A DNA stretch of 64,000 bases from assembly GCF_964204865.1 (NCBI RefSeq), contig NC_135251.1:9858001-9922000 (forward strand), written 5' to 3'. Below are positions 23,501 to 36,600 of this stretch, piece by piece. Position numbers and translations under genes: made by a program. Origin of the DNA: Styela clava (lineage: Eukaryota). Positions within the stretch are counted from its first letter, which is position 1. Every line of letters starts with the position of its first letter. The notes beneath the pieces are model-generated. The model did no database searches. It had not been told where the DNA came from and was given only the letters and a program-made list of their open reading frames with translations.

Positions 23501-26500
23501 AATAATATGATTTACATCAAAGATGTCATGTCGGCTACTACGACAATACCGGATTCTGGCAATCAACGGTTACAAACTATACATTTTGAATAGAAATTAA
23601 TTTACTGTAAAAACTTACAATACGAACAGGAATACAATTTATAACGTTTAATATTATTTAAACTATGTTGGTATGTTTTTTCAATTCAAATCAATGCAGA
23701 AAAGGTATTTTCGTTTCTTCATAAAATTCTTTCACAAAACAAAGGTATTTTAATGCCATAAATTGACATTTTGTAAATTCACTAAATCAGTCATTTAGTC
23801 AAATGAGATATTAAGGCAATACCCTATTGTTACTAAATCATACATTCGGCGTGAACAAGGCGTGAAGTAATCATTACCAATGAGTTACGATCAGGCATGC
23901 CCAACCAAAACAATTTTTGTCATTTTTAGCGATGACGCATTTTTAGCGATGACGCGTCAAGCTTCGAGACGGATCATTTGGGCTTTGGGTATTAGGAAGG
24001 CGAATTAGGTTTTCGTCAATCTCATTTCAGTGTTTAAAGTAATACTTATGTTTCAACAGAATAAAATTTTATTTGATTTAAATATGCAGTCACTAACGAT
24101 TTCTTTAACCTCGAAATATTCATACCTAAGCGTGGAAGCACATTTATAGTAGGGAAATGTCCCTGGTGAATTCTCACAGCTTCCTCCATGTTGACACGGA
24201 TTCACATTGTTCGGACAGTATTCTGAAATTCAAAGGTGACATATCATTAACCATGTCCATGCAATCATGCCGATTTTATAACTCTACATATTCTCAACCG
24301 CTAAGATTAATTAAATAATGTTCTTTTGTCCACATAAAATTATAATTGGTATTATTAAATCTTATATTTCCACAACTAATGATATTTTTGAACACACCTG
24401 AGTCGATTATTCATTTGACTCAATAGTGGCAGGAACTGCAATTAAAATAAACAATACCTGAAGAGAATTGATTTTATGTAGTAAACCTCGAATAGAAGGA
24501 AACAGTAGAAACGATATTAAACCTGTTATATTTCTTGAAATTATGCAATTTAAATTATTCGTGTTATTAGTATTGTCGAATTACAATTAAAACTTAATCC
24601 CAACTAACGGAAGAAGCAAATAATAAGACTATCACATCAGGTCCGATTTAATTTATTTCTGGAAATGTATTTTTATCGTATGGGCAATAAACATGTTTTT
24701 TTTTTATAATTAAGTATTTCATTAATGTCAAAGCTTGTTAAAAATGATATTCTAATTTATTAAAAAATATGTGTTGCGCTTTTTCTCCACTTTCCCTGCA
24801 GTTTAGCATTCATCCTCAAAATGAATACATATTATAACCGTTGATGCTCATCGGCAAAATGGCGATACCACGAATTCGTACTTACAAATAGTTACAGATC
24901 TTTCTGAGCCCTCAAAATTCAAAATTAGGAAATATTTTTTCATATATAGTGAACAATGTAGAATGACAAATTCACTTTCATTTATATAATTTGCTAATAT
25001 CGAGAATTTCAATCTAAATTTTCACTTTATGGAAAGTTTTGTTTTGCTTCAATGCTGGGCCATACATGATTGAATGGTTGTCTAAATTCATGTTTACGAT
25101 TTAGTTATTGTTCTTATTGTCGACGTGCAAACCTAATTCTCATAATAAACGTTCCTTTGTCGCACACATGAAGTCAAGTTATGAGAAAAGAATATTTGAG
25201 ACATTGAATTGTGTTTTCAATAAGACATATATATCTTCTATATCATGTGAAAACAAGAGAAGAAAAAAAATACTTTTAAAATTATTAACGGTTTCATCTG
25301 CCATCATGAAATATATGACATCCTATTGAATAACTAGAATTAAATATAAGTAAGGTATTTATGTATGTTTAAATTATTGTTTAGAATATTGCGATTACTC
25401 ACAAAATCCGTGTTTAAATGGTGGAACTTGTCAATCGATTCCTTTGGTCGATCCATATTATGAATGTATTTGTGTTCAAGGATACAGCGGAAATATATGT
25501 GAAACAGGTATGGCAAATATTCTTAACGTATACTGATCAATGACTATTTTACATAAGGTGATATTTTGAATATTTTAGAATATGGAACACCAGAAATCAT
25601 CAGTGCCTGGGGAGAGCCATGTACAGACAATGGAAAAATTAATGTTACCTGGAAGCCGCATACTGCAATTAGACACAAGTAAGTTGAAAACGATTTTATT
25701 TGATTTTAATGGAGCCTAAACAACCACATTTTTGAAAGCGTGGAGTATCTTGCATCATATTGAAAATACTGTCCAATAATGCCCAGAATAAACCGAAAAG
25801 TTACACGCATGCATTTAGTTTATGGTTTATTTTGCAGCAATATATATATATATATATTTATATATTAGAAAATTATTGCTTTTTTATTCATCACTTATAT
25901 TTCTATAGACTAACTATTGAAATATTTCATTTACTTACAGTTATCAAATCACTCTCTTGAATTCATCAGAAGCATATAATGATTATGGTGAAACTTTTCC
26001 AACTGATAATCATGTGCAAACGTTAATCATCGAAGATTTGTATCCCGATTCGCAATACGATATTATGGTACGTAATACAGTAATATGTTGAGAAAGTTTT
26101 ATTATTGCTTACGTCCTTTTATACGAAATAGATATAGAAATATGAAGATATAGAAAAACTGGTTCCAGCAGAATGAAATTTGATTCATTTGTTTTTTTGA
26201 GATAACTGCTTGCCCGACTGACTGTATCGCAGAACTGAGCGATAACGCAAACGCCACGACAGGAATTGGTTTACCTGGGAAAATAGTCACAGCAACAGTT
26301 TCACAAAATTACGAAACTAATTATTGTGAAGTTTCTTGGACTTGGCCTGAATCCATATCACAGAAAGATGTTGAATTGTTTCAGGTTATCATTAGTTATT
26401 ATTGGTTGATATTAAAGATACTTATGAACGGTATTTTACATTTTTACGTTTCTTATTCGAAAAAATGAGCAATAAATTACATACAATGAATTATTGTCCA

Positions 26501-28921
26501 AAATCTTTACAATTTATTATATATCAGTCATATTTACATTCCTATTTTACAAAATTTCATAACACGTACGGTACTTGAATTTACTGTAATATAATATTTT
26601 GGTAAAGGTGTGAAGCAAACAAATATTTTCATTTATAATAGGTGAATTATCAGGCAACATTTGTACATAAACCGCCCAGTTCTGATATCACAACAATAAA
26701 TGTTGACGTTTCAGTTGATCCGCCTAAATTAACATATAATCTGAAGACGGAGCCGAACCGCATTTACAGCTTTGATGTCTTAGCTGTTTCATGTGCTGGA
26801 TCTGGACCCGAAACATCTGCGACAGGAAAATGCATTACTGATAGTGATGGTAAGATTGGAGCATTTTATTTGCCGTAGTAAATATTAATGTTTTATTTTG
26901 TAATCATATTTTCTTTATATTGTTACTCATAATTGAAACTATTCAATAAGAAAAAATTCTTGTTTTATCATTTCTACCAATCATATAAAATTGAATTTCG
27001 TTTCAGCTCCCGATTATGTTGAAGAGCCCAAATTACTTGATGAAACTCCAGGTTCAACTAGTGATATGAAAATAATTTTACCAAATGAAATTAACGGACC
27101 TATAAGGTAAGTGAAGCTCAATTCGTTGAAACTTTTAAATATTATAGCAGTCTTTCCAATGAAGTCGTAATATTTATTGAGGCTCAATCAGACAATATAA
27201 AAATAAACCGTTTATTTGATTATATTTACCTGTCGTTAAACTTGGCATTGTAAGCAAACACCAACAATGAATAAAAGCGTCATATGGCGGAAGCATTGAT
27301 AAGATTCATAATTTTGTGTTTGATTAAATGAAGTGTCGAAATTATGTTCTTTTTTCAGTTGCGTATTCGTCGTTGTCAAAAATGGACCCATTGATACCCA
27401 TGATATATTTGATATTGTTAAACTTCGACATGTATCCTCGGAAGCATTAAAAGATGAGATTCCAAACGGAGAAGAATATTTAGCTGTGGCAATAAGGAGG
27501 TTTGTCTGAGAATGTTGAAATAGAACCAAACAAATTTTGAAAGTTTTTCGAATTCAGATTTCCAAAATATTATTATTGTCCTAACATAACATTATTATCC
27601 TAATTTACTTTAATTAAAATTGTAATTCTAAGAACAATGATCAATAATGCATTCATTTAATCCTTAACCGTCCGGTGATTAATATTCTATTCAGATATGA
27701 ATTCTCTGAATCATCGATGACTGTTAAACTAGGTAACGAAATTACTAGTGGCTGTGATGTCACAGACAACAGTGCAAACAATAGCATTAACTATTATGAC
27801 GCAAAGAACTGGCAGCTTCAAATTGGAAATACCTACAGGTAATGGTATATATCTGAATAAGCATTCCGATGACTCAGACATCAACTAATGCTGATTAGGC
27901 GTACTACTAAATAATTAAAACTGAAAGTTATTTTAACTCGCAGAAAAGATAAAACTTGAATTTCTATTTCAGTACTTACGTTGTAACAACAAGTCCAAAT
28001 GAAGAAGAAACGGTATTGTTTCAACAGAGCTTTGTAGAAGCATTTGAAAATGGAAGTTCTAATCCAGGAACAGGTACCATTGATTGAACTCTCACAATAA
28101 AAATTTGGAGAAACCCTTCAATCGTTTCATTTACTTAGTTAATCAAATACTTGCTTTTATAGTGAATATAATAAAATATATTTTATTTATTACAGATAAG
28201 GCATGGATAGCTGGTGTTGTCGTTGGTATAATTGCTCTAGCTACTCTTGTGGTTGGCGCAATTTTTTACACGAAGCGTCGACATCAATCGGAAAATAGAG
28301 AATCGTCCCTGACAGGTTCAAAGAGTACCCCAAGGGATAATACCGACCTTTATGAAACTACGGGTTATCAAACAGCTGGAAATCCCAATATATCACCAGT
28401 AAATGATAAGGATGTAGGTATGATATAAACATGTTTTGTATATATTTGGATTAATCTAGTTAAGGAATATGAAAAAAACGACATCTCGTTTCTATGAACT
28501 TTGTGGATTTGACAATGTGGGTGGGATTCCAAATCGATCATTTTGGTATTCAGACAAAGCATTATGTACGATTCCACTATTTATGTGTAAATGAGGGGAA
28601 ATATTTGTCTTAGATTTTTGAAATTAAATTCATTACTTAAATAAAAATATTAAATAAAAACCATTTTTATTCAACGATGCCATAGTGTAAGAGCCAATAA
28701 ATCCAAAAAATTTTTAATTATATTTATACACAATTATAAACATTCCAAATCATATTTGTTCATATTTAAAGCCTAGAAAATCATATGAATTTACAAAACT
28801 GTTGCGGTAAACACTAACAACAAAATTTATCTTTATAGATCAGCAACATATATATTCTACAATACCTGGAGTTGGATATGAAAATGTTGTTTTGCCAAAT
28901 AAGGATTCAGATGATGCTTGA
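11520..28921 (+). CDS. Gene 2: type I receptor, SP - C-type lectin x3 - EGF x4 - FN3 x2 - juxtamembrane domain - TM - ITIM-bearing tail (~1022 aa)
   Basis: Exons 11520-11610 (signal peptide [22 protein letters not shown]); CTLD1 12483-12633, 13167-13262, 15685-15797; CTLD2 16216-16381, 16471-16569, 17673-17782; CTLD3 18304-18460, 18715-18801, 19260-19369; EGF 19757-19864, 20994-21119, 23291-23413, 25385-25507; FN3 25579-25678, 25941-26067, 26202-26384, 26642-26849; 27007-27106, 27359-27499, 27695-27838, 27973-28073; TM 28196-28417; last exon 28839-28921. Sum 3069 nt with an open frame throughout. Alternative ATG at 11544. Confidence 0.88.
14103..14796 (-). pseudogene. Truncated piggyBac transposase: spliced N-terminus joined to the C-terminal Cys-rich tip, DDD core missing
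   Basis: Exon 14796-14750 (MELSTGIEVESDFGES, donor gtaagt) splices in frame to 14462 (SGDEWELEDISSSSDE..., acidic then basic). The VPLCVTPCFRKYH tail is in another frame ending at 14103. Confidence 0.75.
14862..15213 (+). repeat. Tandem direct repeat, 2 x ~178 bp, subterminal in the piggyBac
   Basis: gtctttgtttacaagc...aaacggcgtgttcccagcgcctaaatcgactatatcac...gttgtaga occurs at ~14862 and ~15040. Confidence 0.9.
22247..23080. mobile_element. Degenerate inverted-repeat element (DNA transposon/MITE remnant) in a gene 2 EGF intron
   Basis: atatcgtcactttaataaccgccgaattgcgtgagtcatttttggcgattttgag (~22248-22302) is the approximate reverse complement of ctcaaagctgctaaaaatgacttacgcaattcggttattagcgcgacgatat (~23028-23078). 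Confidence 0.55.
24126..24222 (-). pseudogene. Inverted, 3'-truncated EGF pseudo-exon inside gene 2
   Basis: Minus strand reads ttcag|aa [30 protein letters not shown]. Its upstream intron (24225-24310, reverse complement) matches the + strand acceptor introns at 2436-2519 and 42222-42306. Confidence 0.85.
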
Positions 28922-29787
28922 AGTTTTTCGGATAATTATAACTAAAACTTATATCAAACTATTACATATTTTATGAATTGCATTTAAACAATCTTTGTGT
29001 TGACATAAATTTGCTTGAGCAGACAATTTTGAATCCAGGGAAATCTCAGACAATGAAGCAACAAAATTATTCAATTTTGAATCATAAATTCAAATAATAT
29101 ATTTTGGCTAAAGAACGTTGGATTTTGTTTCTTGGTTGGCTTTAATTTGTTCAATGATGTTTGTTCTAGTTTTTCTCATTTGCTTCATAAATAATGCACA
29201 GTTACAACAAAGTTTGTGGTTTTTGAAGAAGATGGTATGAATAATAAATACAATATCCTCGAATATTTGAATATATATTTTTTTTTCACTATTGGATTTA
29301 TTCAAATAAATTGATTTTATGTTTTTTAAATGTTATATTGTTCTTCCGAGTTTCTCACTTTATAGTGAACGAAATATAGCAACTATGCAACAGATAATTT
29401 ACTATACACTGATTGTAAACAAGACAGTTCTACAATTTAAATTTTGAATATTCTCGGTTTGACATTATTTTCTATGGCTAAGTTAACGAATCGTAACAAA
29501 AATGTCTGGAATATGCAATAAACGCTTTAAAACAATGTTTTGTTAAATATTCAACATCGTGGTGGTACATATTGGTTAAGGTAATGTATAATTTAATCAA
29601 ATCATTTACCAAGGAAGGTTATACGAACTGCACAGAAGTGAATGAAATTCAATATAAAGTGATAACAAGAGATCCTTGTCATTAAAGACCATGCTTTGAA
29701 ACTGAAGTGGCCAGTATATACCGAATATTTAGTATGGTGGAGTACAAGTGGGGTAGGTTGTAAAAAATTGTAGGCTTCGTTATAGAG

Positions 29788-30602
29788 CAGTGCTATTCAA
29801 CCTTTTCGTTATTGTGGAACCCCTGATATAACTTTTCGTTTTTTATGGAACCCCAATTAACAAAATTGAAAAAAACACAAAATACTCGTAACACGAAATA
29901 TTTGTAATTCAAATTTTTGTATATCAACAACGAAACAGGAAGAAGGTAACAAGCGTGAAATTCAATGACTAGGTTGTTCTTGCATTTCCTTTGCAATCTT
30001 CTTGAATCGTGGCTACATGGTGCTCAATGCAATTCTCATACTCATGTCTACACTCTTTAAACAACTTCTTTTTTGTTTTAAATAGTTGTTAAAGCTGAAA
30101 ATGCCTCTTTCAACATTTGAACTATTTTGCTCATTGCCGTCCTGACCTTCATCGTTGGGTTTTACACTATTTTTACTATATTCCAACAAAGGCTGAACAA
30201 CAACTCTCGTTTGTAGTACATACTCTCTCAAGTCTAGAGCAATATCTACATACTTGGTACATCATGTAACTATGGTGCAACAATAGCGTTCTTGTTAGTA
30301 GCTAACATTTAGTTGCATAACAATGACTAAAGTGACGCAACAACCGAAAATATTTCTGTTTGTTTATTAACTGCAGTGTGATTGAACCTCCTGTTTAACA
30401 AACTAGCCTACTTGAAGTTTGAATAAGACACGATGGTCTAAGAATATTTATATTGAAGCATCAACATGCTGAAGCAAGAAATGATTTACGTTGAAGAAAA
30501 AAAAAACGTGGAATCCCTAAAGAAACCCTATGAACTCACGGCACCCCACTGCATGTTTTGCGGAACCCTAGGGTTCCGTGCAACCCCTGTTGAAGAGCAC
30601 TG
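29788..30602 (-). mobile_element. Non-autonomous hAT (Charlie-like) element, 815 bp
   Basis: TIR cagtgctattcaac / gttgaagagcactg; degenerate 8-bp TSD ttatagag / ttaaaggg. Minus strand carries a hAT-transposase-like C-terminus (ERGIFS...MRIALSTM, stop, PRFKKIAKEMQEQPSH). Empty site at about 8871-8900. Confidence 0.8.
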
Positions 30603-31338
30603 TTAAAGGGTTTTTCGTTACATGAACTGATAATTCGAAGGTTGAAAAGTATTTAATCTTGAACACTGTGACAAGCAGTCAATTGATAGCCTTCTAATTT
30701 TACTTTAATAACTTCAGATTGTGTATAGGTAAACGATATAGGTAATAAATCGATCATTACGAACCTCTATTTCTACGATCTTCCTTGATGCATACACTCT
30801 TGCACTTTAATGTAGATATACATTGCATTAGATTTTATTAGATTGTTATGCATAGAGATCATTAACACACATAATTAAAGAATAAAATACGTCCAGAAAT
30901 AGCAGTAGCGCGTTCAAACTAAAATTTTAAAGTCACTTGAAGCATCAAGAATCTCATTGAAGCTTGTAAAATATAGACCTCCACAAAGACAAAAGAATAA
31001 TCATAAATCATAATAGGCCGGAAATAAGAAACAATTTGTTGACCAATTATAAGTATCAAGCCGGCTATGATTTAGAAATCCCAACAAGATGTTAAACGCG
31101 TCGTAGGTGAACGAAAATATATGTGAAATTAAAGAATCTCATTTACAACGTTATATCAGATTTCGTCAAAAGTGAAACGATCTTCTTCGCATTTAACAGC
31201 TGAAAATATTGGTACAATTCGTAAGTCGGAAGGAGATTCCAATATACATACAGACATAATTTATTTATTGAAAAATTGGTACGGTATACTATTCATTGTA
31301 CAGACGCAGTAACAAGACGTATCTTCAATCCAATAGGG

Positions 31339-31709
31339 CAGTGGTCGGCAACCTACTGCCCGCGGGCCAGATCGGATGGGCGAGGTATTATAATCCGGGA
31401 CGCGACGCTTCACTGAATTATAGTAACAAAACAGCTGTTTTGACGAAGATATTCTTTACTTAACAAAATTTATTGTATCAGTATAAACTTCACAATTACT
31501 CGTTTTATAATTTAATAATAATCAGTCCAATGTCTACAAAACGCAGAAAAGGAGATCCTAAGTGCAAATGGTTCAATGTCGCCGAAACTATTCGAATGGA
31601 AATTTTCGAGAGGCAATGCGATGAAGAAAGAAATTTATATTCTATTCGAGAGATGTATTACTGCCTAATTTGCGCCCGCCAATGACTTGCAACCCTTACT
31701 TTTTCAAAA
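31339..31709. mobile_element. Truncated hAT-like insertion
   Basis: Starts cagtggtcggcaacc...gcccgcgggcc (hAT-type end). Absent from the paralogous site at ~9451-9470 (aatccaatag|tgggctcc). No clear right TIR. Confidence 0.6.
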
Positions 31710-33652
31710 GAGGGCTCCTTCATTCCTGCAAAAACTGAAAGCAGAATTATTGAAACGAACCAATTAATACTTTTTTCTATATCTCAAACTCAGTTCAACG
31801 ACTCTAAGAGAGACCCAATTGAGCAAATACTAATTTGCCTAAAACGCGTTATAACAAAATTATTATTAGGTTGCCAGATTTGTTCCTAGTAAATATAATA
31901 TAAACGCTTTAATCGGTCAGTGGAATAATGAATCTCTTTAAAATTGAAACTTTCGTGACACTTAATTTTTATTAATACCACAATATTTGTACTTAAATTT
32001 CTTAAGAGGTTTGTGAACCATTTTTTTATAATTTAAAAAATTGTGAATAGTATTTTAAATCACATTGTTCATAAGAACTTTCATTTATTGTGTCATTTTT
32101 GAATTTATATCCATAAAAACATCACATTAAACTATTTTTCCTATGTACGAACAGTATTTTATTAGTTGCTTACTACTTTCATAAACTGTAAGCGTGATAA
32201 TAATTCTCTTAATTTTATTTGGAATGATTCCGCATATTTGGACTTTGCAATACCTTGCACTCTGGCACATTTACATTCATAATTTCAACACAAATGATTA
32301 TAATTTTGTCCTATGAAATTTGAAAACAATGTCAATTGTACAATTTATCATTCTCTGATGCACCTAATGATATGCAATTGAAAGCCAAAAAAGTAAAATG
32401 TATACTAGACCGTATTATTATAGAAGTAATTTCAGCTAGTATCAACAGGTTAGATATTAAGGCTTCTCTTCTGATTGCCAGCCATCTAAAAACATACATG
32501 CGTACGGTGGCGACAGAGGGCTTAAAAATAATATATATTTATTCTTTAATTAAATTGACGAATGGGCGCATTTGTATCAATAGCCTTGAGTAGCTAGAGT
32601 GGGAATGTAGAGAAAACTCATTTGAAGAATAAGGACAATTGATTTATTATAGTTTTTTAAGGTTATCAAATATTGTCATTCTCTATATTGCTTTGTATTT
32701 ACCAAGTTAAAATAAATATATATATTGATTGAGTTATTTGGTATTACTATAACAAAACAAAAAAAATTCAAATTATAAAATGTTACGAACAATGAATTGC
32801 GATTTAGTGTTCACCAATGAGTTTTGTATCGTTAAAACGATAGAGATATACACACCACGAATTTACACAGAAAACCTTGAGCAAATATTTATCATTTACC
32901 GATCGAAGTGTTTCACTTAGCAATAAAATCGCGGAACCTTTCATTCGCTATTGTATCAGACAGAATGAGTCCAGTATAAACGTTGAACATCGCCAGTAAC
33001 GTTAGACTGTTATATAATGACAGATCAGTATTTCAAAGTTCTGGAGATTTCAGGAATTGGATTTTAACTTATATTGTTATCTTCGTCTGCGTTAAATCAG
33101 CTGAAAGTTTCACAACAAACATGATTAGAGATGCAATAAATTCCACGACGCTCCGTTAACCAAACCTAATGTTAATACGTGGAGCTATTTGAACTTTTTT
33201 GAAACAATGCATCGCGAGGTATTTGAAAGCATCTATGTAAAATGAATCGCTTGGTAATGATATGGATGTAATTTTGCGAGTGAAAGTTAGTTTAATATTA
33301 CCAATATAGATAATATTATTTACTAGAAAATAAAATTTTGAGAAGCTAATTAATCTATTCATACTAAGCATAGTATGGATTTAGTGGTATATTCATTCTA
33401 GCATATGGTAGAAAATATCTATCTTCAATTGCTGCTTAATTTCTAGCATAATATCTGGCTCACAGGATACTTCAACAATCAGTAAACCTTTAAAATATGC
33501 ATTTTTATGCTTAAAATATACAAATGAATAGTCAGATATGACAGAAATAATGACATCATAAAAGACTTAAGATATAGAAAGTATTTATTCAATCGAAAAT
33601 GTAAAGATTATTTATAATTCTTCTATTATATCTGACTAAAGATTATGATTAT

Positions 33653-36600
33653 ATGCACATTGGTGTAAATTTGAACATGAGAAAGATAACTTGGACAAGT
33701 ATCATTGTATTTGTGTCAATATTGAAAACTGTGAGGCCTCAAGGTATGTATCGGAGTTTATTTTTACATGACCTCATACACGCCCAGTTGTATCAGATTG
33801 AGCTGGTTTTAGTTAACAACAATTGGGAAACTAGTACTTTATGAGAGTAATTTGAACGAATAGACTCGTACTCGACCGTCAACCGTCAAAACCGTCAAAA
33901 CAAATAACAAAAAAGCCTTGATGAATTACGATTGGGCACGTATGTAACTGTTGCATGACAAAAGTTTGCATAATTGTTAGTGTTATAACTTTGTAAGGGT
34001 CGTGTTTATGAAAAGAGTTAATATTTTACTGTTGTTTATAACGCTAAATTTGGTAGAACACATCCGGATTGACTTGTGACTTGATTGTACAGTGACAAGA
34101 CTAGAGTTAAAATCCTCAAAAATTTTCCGAAGTTGAACTTGACTCAATACTCGATTTAATTCAGGATTTGGAGATTTGTAACGAAAACTGAGGTAAAAAG
34201 GGTTTTTGGGTATTAAAGTTGAACTATTGTAAACATAAGTTGTGCGTTTATCTGCTACAAGTGATGACGTTTGACAATAAAACAGAGTTATGATTCGACA
34301 TTAAGTCTTCTGTTACATTTCAACAACAATAGTACACACGTGCATTATCTTCATAGCTACTATGAATTGAAATCAATTAAAATAATTGTTTAGACTCGCT
34401 ATAATATTCGCATCATTTTTTGTATATTAATACAACATTTATGCACGTTTAAGATTTCTTATATTAATACATCTCCCATATTACTGTTACGTACGTATTT
34501 TTAGATGCAACAAAATTTTATGATGGATATCTGTTCGAAAGATTCGACACAGAAAAGTTATCAAGTGACGCGGAAAAGCAATGCACGGTCCGAGGAGCGT
34601 GGCTGTTTGAACCAAAACCCGATGATCTATTCAACGAATTAACAGATAACTTTTTGTGAGCCAAAATTCATTGAACTTGATAATATTTGGTTCTGAACAT
34701 TTTTTTGGTGTAAAACCACAATAAATGCACCATTACACAGGCGACCTTTTTTCAAATACTTTGTTAATATCATATAACAATCTTTAAACGTTATTCGTTT
34801 ATTTTTCAATATGTATTTGTTTGTAGTGGTGACTATTATGAGTCGTTGGGACATGTAGTGCAATGAGTTTCCACTCTTTATTACCTTATTTATATATCAC
34901 TATTGTTATGTATATCGGTATATCGGTATAGTTCGGTTTCATCAAATTTTATGATAAGTATTAGTTGAATGTCGCAATCAATCAAACGCTATTGCCAAAC
35001 AAGTGGTTTCGCCTGTGTTAATTAAACAGTTACATCCAATTGATGACTTGGTTTGCATATAGTTAATTCACCCACGCTCGGTGTATCCGAATGACCGAAA
35101 ACTGGTGACATCACTAGGTTCACACTATCTCTGATCAAATAAAAAAAGGAAATACGAGAGAGAATGAATAGGCGAGAAGCTCTGTCGTTTTCACCGTGGC
35201 ACTCAATGGTAAAACGTAAAAACTTGAGCATGGAACGGATAGCTTTTATCATTAATATATAATACTCAACGATGACTCATTTTATAGTTTGATATATTTA
35301 TGACTTATATTGTGCTTTAAATGTAATAACTCGAAAGATTGGTACAATAGAATAACATTAAAAACTCACTAACTATGTTAACTCAAGTGATTTCAACAAC
35401 ACAATATGAGAGATAAAATTATTTTCAATCGGTAAAATACTAATCGGAACAATGGAATACCAGAGAACTATTCCACGGTTTCAAATGTTTTAAATAAGCT
35501 TGTATAGTGTTTATGAGACAGATATTTGTTAAATAGTAGAGTAAACTCCTTGTAAAAGTTGAAACATTGAATTGTTCATGAAAGAATATTTATATATTTC
35601 AATCAGACCGGCAAATGGTGGATATTATCTTATGGGTCTCAGGAAGCTTGACGGTTATTGGAAATGGAGCGATTACAGTGATCCGACAACTACTCATTGG
35701 TGAGCTCGTTTAAATTAGTGCAAAGTATATTTTAATATTAATATAAAATCAATTTGAACGATCCATTTTTGAAATATCGGTAAATTTGTTGTTAATGAAA
35801 TATTTGCTGGGTTGATTGAAAAAACGGCTATACCCCACTAAAACAAAACATTGTTAAATAAAACAAGAGAGCTATGACCAAATATATGGACACGTCTGTT
35901 CGCAGTACAGTACGGTTTACCGTACCGTCAGATCACAGTCTACAAATATATTCACACCAAGCGAAGCAGTACAGTAGGACACAAAATGGCGTCCGATGTC
36001 CGCAGAACGTTTTATGACTTCATAGCAAACAAAAACAAATCTCACAGTGCTAACAGGAATATTTAAAATGAATAAAAGTAATAGCCTTCTGGGAAAAAAT
36101 TTTATCTTCAACCACTGAAAATTTTAAAGCAATTGGTCCAGTATTCGAAGAAAAAAGCGATTTTTTCAAAAATGATGGAGACAAATAACAATAATACAAA
36201 ATTTTGAAACGATCGTTATGTCCACTACGTGTCCAATAAAAAACAAAAAGCAACATCACAAAGGTTTCATTGATTTTTAAATACACGTGTACAATATTCG
36301 GGATTTTAGTATGCGTGAGGATTTTGAAAGTATACAAACGCATAGATCATATTTGTCCAATTTAACAGTTGTATTTAACATTAGTATAAGGCTTTACAAA
36401 TAATTTATACTCAAGTATGATTAAACAGGTTAACTACCGAAGAACCAGGCGAGAGTGGTCAAGCTTGTGCATGTGTTCGGAACAAAAAATGGGTTAGCGT
36501 GATCTGTTCTACAACTCCAAGAAGATACGTTTGTCAATCCCGTGAGATTATAATTTGTACATACTGTTACTTGCTCGACTCTGGAGTAGGGAATGCATTG

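Noticed and set aside
28853-28888. YSTI...YENV read as an ITAM
   Set aside because: Only 4 residues separate the two motifs (ITAM needs about 6-8) and the second ends in V; an ITIM-like or YxN reading fits better.
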